Made by a program: the position numbers and the translations under genes. From Tubulanus polymorphus (lineage: Eukaryota; Animalia; Nemertea): a stretch of 64,000 bases of DNA. The notes under the pieces are model-generated. The model made no database searches, was not told the DNA's origin, and saw only the letters and a list, made by a program, of their open reading frames with translations. The stretch spans positions 27,190,150-27,254,149 of the forward strand of contig NC_134026.1 of NCBI RefSeq assembly GCF_964204645.1, written 5' to 3'. Position 1 is the first letter of the stretch. The number at the start of each line of letters is the position of its first letter. Positions 17,137 to 30,042 of the stretch are shown here, one piece after another.

Positions 17137-20100
17137 TTATAGATATACCGGATGAAGCGGAAGTTGGTCCTTTTCGTCGAATTTTGGATGGACCTCGGGT
17201 CTTGTAATTTTTTTAAGTCTCTGAAATATCGATGTATGGACTTTATACTCGATTTGTTGAGGTTTTTAGATAAATCGGAAATGCAAAGTTTTACACATCT
17301 CGAAGCTTACCTCAACTATAGTTCCTGGGGTTACGATATATTTGTATACGATGTACAGTGGTATACAGAATAATGACGAGCACGTAATAATCCAACCGAT
17401 GCATACTGCCCAATCAGGATACGTGTAATCCGGATAATATATTCCATTGTAATCAGTACATGCCAGAATAAACAAGACCTACAAAAATCAGAAATTCATT
17501 CATCAAAATATTGACTTTCAAGTAAAAATCGACAGTTGAGTATGTGTTTTTATACCAGGCAGAATATTGGACATATGCCGGCCCAACAAATTCTCCAGAA
17601 AATACCAGGTCTATAGCCTAACATCATTTGAACGTCATCCGAAAACCTGTTGACTCCTGTAAGAATATACAGTTAGTTTTCTGGTGAACGAATATACGAT
17701 TTATAGCACAAACAAAGGATCCGAGAACATTTTCTTACCGTAGAACCAATTTAAAGCAATGGCTTCTATGAATACTATGAACAGAATTGAAATTGGAACA
17801 CCGTGATGATCTAAGAGGACGAAAAGGTAGTATCCACCCTGGATATGAAACAAAAACATTAATCATATGAAAATAATCACGCACGGAAATATATCGATTT
17901 GTTAAACATTGCTCTCACTTACGTAAGTGGTCGTTGACAGCCCTCCTAAAAAGCAAGTAGCTATCAATCCAGCTACAAAGATTTCTCTGCGTTTTCCCAA
18001 AGCTGGCCATTCATCGCAAATTCCGGTTATCATTGCTTCTAAACCACCAAACTATAGATAAACCACAGGTGTGCACTGTTATTTTGATTATAGTTTACAC
18101 GTTTGTTTACTCTTTTATTCTTTCTTGTTCAGCAAATTTCTAACAAGTGAATTAATGTACGTAGAAATGATATTTTTGCATTTGTCTATCATTATCACAT
18201 ACCGTGCTATCAAGTCCTAAGGTAATCAACATCAGGAAGAATATTATCGCCCAAAATGATGATAAATTCAATGTAGCTATTGCCTCCGGATATGCGACAA
18301 ACACGAGCCCAGGCCCTTAAAAATAGAAATTATTACACGTCTAATAGTTAAGTCACCGATATCATCTATTTGTTAAACGGGAGTGCGTTGAAATGGATGT
18401 TGAATCAGAATCAATGTTTTCTCCCAGGGGCTCTTGTACCCTCGGAATTGTCTCTAGGCCAGAGATAATTGCTTTCATTATTACAACCGTCGGAACGAGT
18501 CCCCAATATGTATCGGTATCGGTCTAAGCCTATTTACGAGACTGTCATATTTGTCACCAGACAAAATATCACCATGAATTTCTCATTAACAGTTCTAAAT
18601 TTAGTGCGAACATAATCTGTCCATTCCTGACCAGGCTATTAGAATACAGGTCCTGCAATTGCGATAGCAATCGATATCGAGATAGCAACTAGTTATACTA
18701 GCCATTAAAGCTTCCACGAGGATCAAATCATCTTTTCTAGAAAATTGGGTGATTACTGATGCATGTTTAGAGCGAGGGAACAGAAGAAAAGGCCAGAATT
18801 TTGCACTTTTTCTCGTAAACTAAACTAAAGGGCATGTATTTCAATTTCACACGAATAGACCGAAACTCTTTGAAATATATCTATCTTTGATTATCAAAAT
18901 ATAAGTTCTGGTGATACGTACCGTCTTCTGCTACACTTTCGACAGTTTTGTGCTGTGAATACGCCATATAACCCAATACAGAAAATACAACGAATCCCGA
19001 TAGAAAACTGGTGAAGCAGTTTATCATACTCGTTATCAACGCATCTCTGAAATTACCGGTAGATATTTTCAAATTCAGCTGCAAGTTCGGTCCAAAATAT
19101 TGGAAGGAATGCTCGACTATTGAATTAGACCTACTTGTAGCAATCATTATGGAATTTGTTGTAACTGGAAAGCGCCAAAAGAACACCAAATCCCGGTCCA
19201 AGTGAAAAGAATATTTGAGACGCTGCATCGTTCCATACCTGCAATAATTACACGTAACATGAAAATAAAGTAGACTTCATGTATGTTTTTTTCATACAAC
19301 TTTTGTGTTTACTTACTTGGATTTTAAGAAGTCTATGCCACTGAGGTTTTAGGTAATATATGATACCTTCTAGGGCTCCTGGGAGAGTGACGCCTCTCAC
19401 TAATAGTATCAACAAAATAATGTATGGAGCTGTTGCGGTAATCCAAACAGCCTGAAATATTCAAATGCGCTTTTAGTTAAACCTATCAAAGATATGATAT
19501 TGAATAACACTAAACGTAAAAAGAAAAAAAATGTATATGCAAAGGATTTTAGAATTTATCAGACATTAATCGAAAGGTGATTTTTAATTCAGATCAAAGC
19601 GGTTGTTTTAAAGTCATCCAGAAAATGCACACAAAACCAAAATTGGTTTTATTTTTTGCACGTATATATGATGCAGAAGGTTGATTGGACAGCGTGTATT
19701 TTCTGCGATCTTGATCAAATGATCAGGATTCTGAGAATTACCCGGTCATGTTTTAGTATCATCGAAAATGTATGAGTCGTTTAACGACATTGAATTCACG
19801 CCGTGTTGACGAGTCAAGCAGATCTCTGTCAACATTCTACTACTCTCATTCCAATATGAATCGTATGCAAATTCTCGTCTATTCTTAGCCGGTAATGACA
19901 GAATCAGTAATTCCCCGGATCAGAGTTACGACCGTGCAGAAATTGATCGCTTCTCGTGATCGTCCCAGCAAAGATCACGCCATAATCATAACCGCGACAT
20001 CTCATCATATGTGACTGTTCGTCTTCCGGGAATCAGGCGGATATTAGCATCTGACAATGGCTACAAAATAGCTAACAGATTGGTGAACTAGTTTAGATGA

Positions 20101-23100
20101 TTTTAAGATTCTAAGCGTACGCCACGAGTTACGATTATTTCATGATCTCGCGCCAGACAAAATTATACTTCAAGTTATTAAATATAACTTATACGCTACT
20201 TCTAGAAAGCGATTGCCCAGGACAATAATGTACGTGTAAGCCTCTTGACTCGATACTACCGGGTATTGGTAATATGCCAATCCTTCAATAATCATGAATG
20301 ACAATTTCAAATCAGGATTGATAAACATTACCTCTACTAATAACCAGGATCAATGGTGAAATTACCTCGATCATCGCTTTAGTCTTGTCTTCTGGGAATC
20401 AAAGTTATCGGGCCGAATGACGGTTGACTTTAGTACGCCCGGGTGACCGAGTGAACTATTGCCGGATAGAAGATTTTCTGAGTATTGGGTATTTTACGTA
20501 ATACTAGGTATTTTACGTTTCAGAAATGATATAATCATTATCATATTCTCACATTTATTTCTCCTTATTCCAAAATAACAAACGTTTAGAAAATCTGATT
20601 AATTACGGGTATTGGAATATCATAATGAGGACATGTGCAAGCTATCCCCCGGTAATTCTGGCCTCGAACTTGAATCCTCCATCAGTACATGACAAGCACA
20701 TTAAAAGGCGGTATATACATGCAAATGATATATAAAGGTGAACTGAGAAATATTTGTTGAAAATGTCTTAGAATACATTTTTCCTATGTTAAAAGTATTA
20801 CGTAATGGATTTTTAAAATTAGTTCTACAATCATTTATTTTCGTGCGTGTGATGCAACACTCTCGGTCGCCATCTACCGCTGCAACCCATCGACAACTCG
20901 TGCTATTGAGTAGAAAACGTTTTTGCTAATCGATTTTCAAAATACAAGATTTTATGAAAATATGATGCTCAGAATATGGCCTCTGAGCGATCTTCCTTGA
21001 TATAACGAAGGTCTAAATGAATGAACACATTTGATATACATGTACTACATATATTGTGATAGTTGTTGTTGTAATACGCTTCAGTTCGATAATTCCTTAA
21101 TTCTTTAGAATAAAAATGAGCGGCACTAATTCTTTTTGCGTCCACATCCCACCCTACGATATGAGCCCTGCTGATATGACAAAATATACGTCTTACCTTG
21201 CCTGAGCTTTTAATTCCTTTCCATAATGAAAAGTAGACAATAATGAAAACAGCCAAAAGACACAGGGCTATGCTCCATTTGACCGGACCAACGTCATCAA
21301 TACCACTAGATGATTGCAATTCCAAAACAGACCGTCTATAAGAAAATATATGTCTTTTAGGGATGCGGTTAGAATCATTGAAACATTGAAACATCTTTTG
21401 AACGAATGAACCTATATGAAAACGATGTAATCAAACAGTCCAGCTGTATATATATACTCACTGAAAAAACTCAGATGCTGGAGATTTGGTATAATTTGTT
21501 GATGTGGCGTTTGTGCGATTGAAAAATTCTGTACAATTTTCCGTGTTCCAAACGTGCCCACACCGGAGCCATGGTACCTCGGCACGCATAGACGCAAACA
21601 TGAAGTAAAGCGCCCAGGCGATTACCGTGTTGTAATAGAATGAAACGTACATCGCGATGAAACATATACCAAAACCAATGCCTGTAAAAAATTAATATTT
21701 TTGAAATTGTTTTGGGATGAATATCTAAATGTGAAAGTACTTGTATGATGAATTGGCAGTAACATTGGATAACAAAAAGACTTAAACATTGACTACTATG
21801 GAATACTTTCTGAAAACTTAAGAAAATTTTCATTTGAAAAAAAAATGTGTTCGTGTTGTATGTTTTGTTTGATGTGAAGTAACAGAACACCCAGAGTAAA
21901 GCTACCTGTAAAACGTCATTCAAGACAAGTAAACATTTTCGCGTGATAAAACAAGTTATTTCGTTCTATAGAATTGATTTTCGCTTTCTATTTGAACAAC
22001 TAACTTTGCTATTTCCTTATTTGAATGGTTAAAATCTCAGAGGAAATGTTATCACGAATTTCCGCTTTCCTAGTTTGCTAAAAAAAACTGCAGACAATGA
22101 TTTTGACAATATTTCATGGGGCATTATAGATTGAGGAATCGACTGCCCATTCCTTGATTGGGCTGGAATATTCATCAATTAGAAAACATGAACGTTATTT
22201 TTTTCAATTTTTCATTTTATCTATTTTTCACTGCGAACCGAGTGGCGTATATTCAGAAGTTAATTATGGACGAATAGTTTAAGCAAGTGATAACAATGCG
22301 TATGTTATTCGAATATAATGACGTGAAACAAAAATCAAATTGTGTTTTGAGCATTACACAGATTCAAACTGCTTTCAGTGTTCATGATAAAGAATTTGAT
22401 GATATACATGTAAATTGGTGTGTTTTACTATGAAAGTGTTCGCAGTAAAACCGTATATTTTATGCCTGGAATTTACACGGGTGCTGGCTGGAAGACAAGC
22501 GCTAAATCACCCGTTGAACGCTTTCGTTATACCGTTGTGACCGAATCTTTGACGAGCAACCGGTGCTAAATTGCGAACTAAGCCTTTTGCGTTTGTACTG
22601 AAATTGACTAAATTAGAACAAGCTGTTGAGCATTACTGGTGAACGGCAACGGTACAGCCCGACTATTTGGAGTATTAGTGACAATGATGAGATCCATGTA
22701 TTAATGTCAGGGAGGATTAAAGGATCTGGTCAGCAATTGCCTTCGCTATCACGAATCGACGTATGGGCACTGAACGGGCTATCTGAAACCCTGGATTGTA
22801 CGATAGAAGTCGGTGAAGATATCCGGGAATCCGGGTAACTGGGTAAAACACTACCGACGTAGCTGCAATAAATCATAAAGGCGTAACAGCCTTATGTTTA
22901 AGCTAGATTTCAGTTCGAAGAAAAACAATTATTTTGCAGTGATGGAAGGTATCTGTTGATGCAAATGAAGGAAATTCTTCGAAATGTAAATGTAGTAGAC
23001 GCGTAAATTCATACGCAAGTCCACATACCATAAAAACGAGACAAATTGACGTCATTAGATCAATGGCGAAATTTCACAACTTTATGTATGCAAATATTAG

Positions 23101-26100
23101 ATTTAAATCTTAAGTCACGTGAAATTAATTCAAAGTTATATGAGTTGATGAAGTATGAAGAGAATATTTACTTTCTATGTCCTAATTCTTACTGAATGGG
23201 TTTCAAAAAGATGCACCATTTGAATAGAAACCTGACAAACCAATTGGAGATGAATTTGTTTCTGAAATATTTTTATAAACAGATTTCATAGAAAAGATGA
23301 AGATGAACCCTAGTATTTGTAAGTTTTCCTCTGCATTGACGTCATATTCCTGTTTGGAAGGCGACATACGTGCAACTATACTGGTTGACAGAAATTCTCT
23401 ACCAGATCTCAACCATGAAATTGAACCTTTATTGGAAACCTTCTGGATTCCTCACACGATGAATTATAAGAAATGTATCATAATATTATAGATATTGTAA
23501 CTGGAAATTTTGTATGCGCCTAGTTGAATAGCAAGCAACTATACAAGTAATATAATTACTTATCAGTTAATAAGTAGTTTATTTCGGATTATCCATAGAT
23601 TTCATTCTTGTTTTATATTCGAAGCTTGTTCGTGTTCCTTGAGCGTTATTTTCAGATATCTGTTCTACTTGCAGTACCTATGTGCCTATAGCCAACGGCT
23701 GTCCAAACACTCGGTGCTGCTATGTTGGACTTGTTAATTAGTTCAATCAATCTAAAATATCCATCAGTCGCCCAGAGAAACTCAAGCTCACCTCCAAGAA
23801 TACTAACATATATCTGTACAAGGAATACTAAGTAGATATGAATATCTGTTAACTATTGATTTGGGTTTTATATCAAATAATGAAAAAAATCACGTCAGAT
23901 ATAATTTGATAATGACATGTAATAATTGTTCAAACTGTGCACCAGATTCGTACTTACCTTTGAACATAGGACATATTCTCGACCAGACAGATATGCAACC
24001 ACATCTTTGAAATTGGCCCAACGCTAACTCCATGTAAAACAGAGGGAGACCACCAAATATCAACATTATGCCATACGGCACAAGAAAGGCACCTGGAATG
24101 AAAACAAAGTAAAATTCATGATATATATTTAAAAAACAATTCGCAAACGAATGATGATTTAGAGCTAGAATTTCGAAAACAAACCCAAATAAACTATAAA
24201 TGTGGGGAGATTCCGATTGAATTTCATGCAAAATTATTGGTTTATAACAAGACAATTGATTATCAAGATTATAATGAGACATGGAGAAATTGATGGATGG
24301 GTGCGGGCGTGCAGGGCAATTGATGCAAAATACGTATTGAGCGCGGCTTTGTGTTAATCCGACGGCAGAGTTCATGCGTTTTCTCAGTTACCAAAAATGC
24401 AACGCCCGTGACTGGGGTATATAATATCGTTCAATCATTCCTATTTGCATACACTGAAACCACTAGAAAACTAAGTAGAGTTTGTAACCTGAGTAAATGA
24501 TAATATTACCGTTATTATGATGATACTAGTTTTATGTTTATGCTAGTGTCAGTCGATAGTCAGATTTGTTAAATCGCTAACGATTTTGGGAATATCGTAA
24601 CGCAAGTCAGCGCTCGGGTCAATTGGAAGGTCATTTGGTTGTATGACAGGTTTGTTTAACCGCCGAGCTATTTTCTCATCAAAATGTCAATACGTATCCA
24701 CCACAAGACGAAACAAAACTTGCCGATGCGTACTGAAGAATGATGAGTGTTAGAAACAACTCGGGAATTTTTCTTGCGCAAGTCAGCGGTTCCTGCTTAC
24801 TTTTTCCGATTGGGCAAGCTTTCATCACACTAATTTATGTTTTAATGGCGATTTTATAGCATTCCAAGTTACACAGTTATATCCGGTCACCAGACATGTT
24901 TACGAGTTGGGCTTTAAGTATTGAAATGTAATTCGTTATGACAGGTAATTAATGTATATGTCAACTTTCATATAGAGATGGCTAATTGCAGGAACTCATA
25001 GAATTTGCCATAACCCCAGAATTTCATCCATGGTCGATGTCATATCGTTACTTGTTGGCATCAAACTGACGAGTTGATCGAAGTGGTTAATCATGTTTGA
25101 TAATTACGGTCAGTCCCTACTCGGCGTAGTATATTTACTGTGAGGTATGGCGACGAATACTCACGTTTGAAACTATGTTTATTAATCCGTCGGCGTTTAA
25201 TCTTCGATTGTTTGTTAATGTGGAGAAGAATAACCCTCGGTAATTTAAGTATAGTTTAATATTATTAATAAGCGATTTACAATCCTAAAGCCTTTGAATA
25301 CATGATTTACCGTGGCAGCAGACAATACTAAGCAATAGTAGTGACGCTGTTGATTCGCTTCAATTCATAGACAATTCAGTTATTCAATATTATAGCGGAT
25401 TATGTATGAAGTCGGATTATTTTACGCTCGTTCATTTATACTCATTAACCTTTTTTAAATATCCAACGGTATTTTAAATCGTCTCTCACACGAATCTAAA
25501 TCCTATTTCTAGTACATATCAACTAAATGTCTAAATGAAACTGCAATATGTATCTTGTATAAAATCTTGTATTGTAGAAGTTATAAAATACTCACCCCCT
25601 CCATTTCTGTAACATATGTATGGGAATCTCCAAACATTTCCTAAGTCTACGGCAAAACCAATAACAGAAAGTAAGAAGTCCATCTTTTTGCCCCATGTCT
25701 CCCGTTCGGGACCTGTAGCAACTTCCAAATGTTGATCTTTCTCCAGAGGTAGCTCAACAACTTTCGTATCGTTCGAATTCACTAACGCTTTAGGGTCATT
25801 TGAATTATTTGTCATAGCATCTGTTTGTATATTATTTACAACACCGTCAGTTATCAATTTTCCACCGTCCATTTTTGCGGCGCCTTCTTTTTTGCGTGCT
25901 ATTGAGTTTCCCATGTTTTGCTGAGAATCTGTAGAATCGCTTTCATTCACAATCCCATCACTGACAAAATCTCGCCGTTTTTCCTCCGGCCTGCTAATTG
26001 CATCAGAACACGTCTTATTATCTGAGGATTCTGAAGTATCTGCAGCCTCTATATCAGGGCCATATTTTGGTAATTTCTCGGAAGGATTTTCGTTCCTTAT

Positions 26101-26289
26101 TACGTCACTCCTATCAAACACCGGGTTGTCAAACGTGGCCAATTGGAACCGTCGACTTTGATTATTGGTTGAATTACTGTCATTTGATTGTGGCGCCATC
26201 GCATCGTCTGCTTGTAAATGCGGCTCGTCGTCTGTCTTTAATGCCGCATTGATGTGCATTTCAACATCGTGTTCAATCGTTCCAGCCAT
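17137..26289 (-). CDS. SERT: Sodium/chloride-dependent serotonin transporter (SLC6A4/SERT orthologue), 748 aa
   Basis: Minus-strand exons 26289-25596, 24092-23958, 21681-21462, 21335-21197, 19451-19317, 19238-19135, 19046-18922, 18315-18203, 18051-17923, 17838-17739, 17656-17556, 17478-17311, 17220-17137 (2247 nt, in frame). [29 protein letters not shown] carries the monoamine-transporter TM1 Asp and SERT-type DLGN. Other motifs: [69 protein letters not shown]. Candidate polyA signal (tttatt on +) at 15273-15278. Confidence 0.95.
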
Positions 26290-26994
26290 ATTCAAACTTT
26301 ACAGTATCATGTACCGACCATTAGTCTTACAGGACTTTTTCACGACCGGTTTTTAAATTGCTTCTGAAAAGAATGAAGTTTGTTGGGTTGTTCGCAGAAT
26401 TAGTGCCAGAGCCAATAGTAAATTTTTCTCCGAGCTTCGCCAGGTTTGTCTGTTAGGAAAGCGCGTAACTTTATGGCTGAATAATGGGGAGGTAGAAACA
26501 TCATTTTTCAATGAGGCGTAAAAGTGTAAACCAACTAAGACTGTTATGTATAAATCACTTATCGGTTCTTATTACGCACGTATCATCACGTAAGCACTTC
26601 TTATGATTTTACTTATCACATCACAAATGTTGTTGTTATAAGTTTTCTCTTACATTATTTCGAACATTATAATAATCTTCGTAAGTAAACGCCGCTTTGA
26701 TAAGAGATTGAAGATGAGTCGTATCAATTCTCAGATTCGCTTGTATGATACTGTGCCGAAACATAATCTCGACTTGGCATCGGTATTTAGAAGGTTCACT
26801 AACGCGGACACGCATTATCCAGGTATTAATAATGGATTGTCCATGTGTTGTCTGTTTGGCGACATCACTCTATTCATTATTCCAATTATACGAAATCAAT
26901 ACATCAGTATTACAAATTCAATCTGTTTATACGATCTTATATCTCAGTATAAATGTCACTTCAGTACACTATCCAGCAGTGAGTCCAGGGTTGT

Positions 26995-27331
26995 CCGGGG
27001 CGGATCCGGGCAGACAGTGACAAGAAATCAAAAAGGCATATACTGAAAAGGGGCATATGAAATATCGAAATCCACGCAGCCAAATCAAGGGTCAGGAAAA
27101 TTTTGCAATTTCAGTGCATTTTCATACGATTTTCTGGCACTTGAGGGACACATCGGGAGGAAAAAGTGCCCTGGTAAATATTGCCATTGTATTTCAAAAG
27201 GCACGGGAAAATTGCGACGGGAGCACGTGCTAGGTCAGCTGACAGATTTCTGAATACCCCATTTTATGTATATAAAGTGCCTTTTAGCTCCACCTGAATC
27301 CAGCCCTTTGAAATTCCTGGATCCGTCCTTG
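26995..27331. mobile_element. Degenerate MITE-like element with GGGGCGGATCC-type ends
   Basis: Left end ccggggcggatccggg and right end cctggatccgtccttg show 12/16 inverted complementarity. Internal ggca(c/t)/gtgcc repeats. No target-site duplication visible. Confidence 0.5.
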
Positions 27332-27487
27332 CTAGCCACTCGGATCTAATGGAACAATTCAAGTTTCATGAATTTTATCTAAGTGCTTCATTATAATATT
27401 CTTACGAGGAAATATAAGTGCCGCCATTAGTATACATATCTTCTTTAATTTAGGTTATTATCAGAAATAGTATCAACTCTTTCTTAC

Positions 27488-27696
27488 CCTCTATCGTCAG
27501 ATGATGAGTTTAATACTCGAGCTGAAGAGCTGGCTGTTATATCGACTAGTTAATACAGACGGCGTACGAGTGTTGTCAAAGGTTGTTACTGCTCCACTTC
27601 TCGCGACGGCATCGCAAGGGACATATCTGCACACCGCGGTGGTGGTCTGCAGGTACTCTACGATATGCAAGTGTATAACAAAACTTCAAAACAGTA
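27488..27696 (-). other. Probable non-coding 5' UTR exon of SERT
   Basis: Minus-strand donor AGG|GTAAGA at 27487 and possible acceptor TATTTGCAG at 27697. The first coding exon has a clean acceptor (TTCTTTTCAG) at 26364, which implies at least one upstream exon. Confidence 0.45.
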
Positions 27697-29275
27697 CTGC
27701 AAATAATCGTTGACATATAAAGCGATATGACGGTGCCCGGGCAAACGAGTTTTATGTTTCCTTAAGATTATTCGTATTCACATTTCATGCGTTCACACTT
27801 CATATTTCTGATTATCTAAATGTTCTTATCCTTTTCAGAGTAACTCTTCGTTGCCCATGTAAAAGCAAATGAATTTTCCACGCTGCAGCATTGCCCCGGT
27901 TTTTGTTGACTATTCATTCCCGATTAAGGTGCCATTTCCAAGGTGCCATTCATATGAATAAGCCGGGTTGTTTGTATTATATCTATGTTCATGTGGACGG
28001 AGTCATCTCGCTGCATAATTGAATATTGACAACATCATCGCGATAACTAACTTAAGAGTGATGTTTAGACTCGTTTTCTTTGTATTGGGTATTCTAGAAA
28101 TTGTCGCTCTATTCTAAAAATAATTTATGGAATAAAGAAATCTCCGAATGAGTTTATAACATGAGATTTTCGTTCCTCCAGCTGCCATAGTTTGTGAGAT
28201 TCGACCCAAAAATGCAGGTATAGGTCTGCTGTCGTTTCTTTTCTCAACACTTTTTGATTTGGTTGAGGGTTCCAGCTGTAATACTCAGTAAATACAGTTA
28301 GAATTCCAATATCCACACAAGAGGATGTAGAATGATTTTAGCTTCACTTCATGATTTTAACTTCACCTTTTACTGCAGATCTTGTTATCCATCCGTGGAT
28401 GAATTAGATAATGCGTGTTTGAAACATGACCAGTGCTTTCATTGCACTCCAACGTACTTCAAAATGATACCATTAATTCATGGCTATTACATATGGCATC
28501 GGTATTAAAGCTATAGTGAAACCGTTATATTTCAGTCACGTGCGTTTTCATCACTTCTGCAATTGTGAAAGACTCGTTTATAAACTTGCAATCGATGCCA
28601 ATTGCCGCCGACGTCGAGTCTGTCGAACTTATAAATCATTAATGACAAATTTGTTCAAAACAATACCGTGTAGATTGCTCGACTGAACTGTGTAAGAAAT
28701 ACTATTTCGTAGGACCGATCGTTCACTGCACTGTCTCAGTGGATTTGGAAATTGTCCAGTTGGCGAAGCGATTATCAAAGAAGATATTTCTGTTTTCGTT
28801 TTTTTTTTCAAAGCCAATCTCATCTCTGAGTATATTGTCACTCACTGAACAAATCATAGAAATGAAAATGATGTGACCAGTTCATGTAATATCCTGTTAG
28901 ACCAGCTTACAAAAAATAAAGTTATCACCATGAATCATAAACATGATTTCATTTATTTCAATTTCTACATTTCGTGAAGTTCCACGTATAAGCAAACCCT
29001 ACTTTCTAAAAACCCGATCTTATAACTGTATTGGTATATTTTCAATCCGTATTTTCTAGCGTTAATCTACAAATCGATAGTGTTGTGCCAGTTTTCTAAT
29101 TTGATATGATATCATATCGTATGAATACTATGCCACAATTATGTTGATTTCGTAGATAAAAACTAGGTTGTCGTCCAGTTTTACAACGTTTATGATTACT
29201 CTTAGTAGGCTTAATAACAATACACGAAGAAATAAGATCCTCTATTTTCACAATGAAGATAATGAAGCAAAATGT

Positions 29276-30042
29276 ATGTGCTGTGTACATATTAATGATA
29301 GGTATGTATTTAATCTAATTTTACAAAAAAAGGACGTATGCATACTAAATCGGCTTGAATAGTTATGGAATCGTAGCTATCGTTGCAGCTACCCTGCTAT
29401 TCAGCTCTGCGTACGGGCTCAACTACAAAAATTGGTGTGGATCTAAGAATACTGGACTTCTAAGTAAAAATCCCCAGGGTGGATGTTGTACGTGTAACGA
29501 TCCAATTGCAAAGTGCAGGTGAATCATTGAAATTTGAAGATTGATACGAAATAGAAATTGACTGTACACGGCCATTTATAAAATCTTTACATTAACAGAC
29601 AATGTCGTCCGCCTGCTGATGGGTTAGATGAGGCCTGCCTGCAGCATGACCGCTGTGTCCAGTGTAATAACATGTAAGTTGTAGCGAAAAGCTGTGAATT
29701 CAGATGTGAATTCAGCCACTATTCAAATACGATAAACATTTATGTGATAATGAGCTGATCTTTCATGTTTCTATTTCCAGACACGCAAAATTCCACCATC
29801 TTTGTCGATGTGAAAGGCTGATTTACTACCAGGCAAAACGAGCGAATTGTCCAAATGCAAAATGTAAAGTTTATAAAGCTTTATTAAGGAGGATCTTCAA
29901 AGTAATACCGTGTCGTTGTGATACAAAAATTTGCAAGAAGTACATATTTTGGGGCGAGAAGCAACACTGCACGGCCTCACGTGGATTTAAGACTTGTCCA
30001 GAAGGAGATCCAATTCCAATATCGTCCGCATCCCCCGGCTAA
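29276..30042 (+). CDS. Secreted cysteine-rich phospholipase A2-like protein, 172 aa (absent from the ORF track)
   Basis: Exons 29276-29301, 29363-29518, 29599-29673, 29781-30042; three phase-2 GT-AG introns; 519 nt open. Translation: MCCVHINDSYGIVAIVAATLLFSSAYG-LNYKNWCGSKNTGLLSKNPQGGCCTCNDPIAKCRQCRPPADGLDEACLQHDRCVQCNNIHAKFHHLCRCERLIYYQAKRANCPNAKCKVYKALLRRIFKVIPCRCDTKICKKYIFWGEKQHCTASRGFKTCPEGDPIPISSASPG. It has a signal peptide, a Ca-loop-like YKNWCG, and the sPLA2 catalytic-helix motif PxDxLDxACxxHDxC. Confidence 0.85.
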
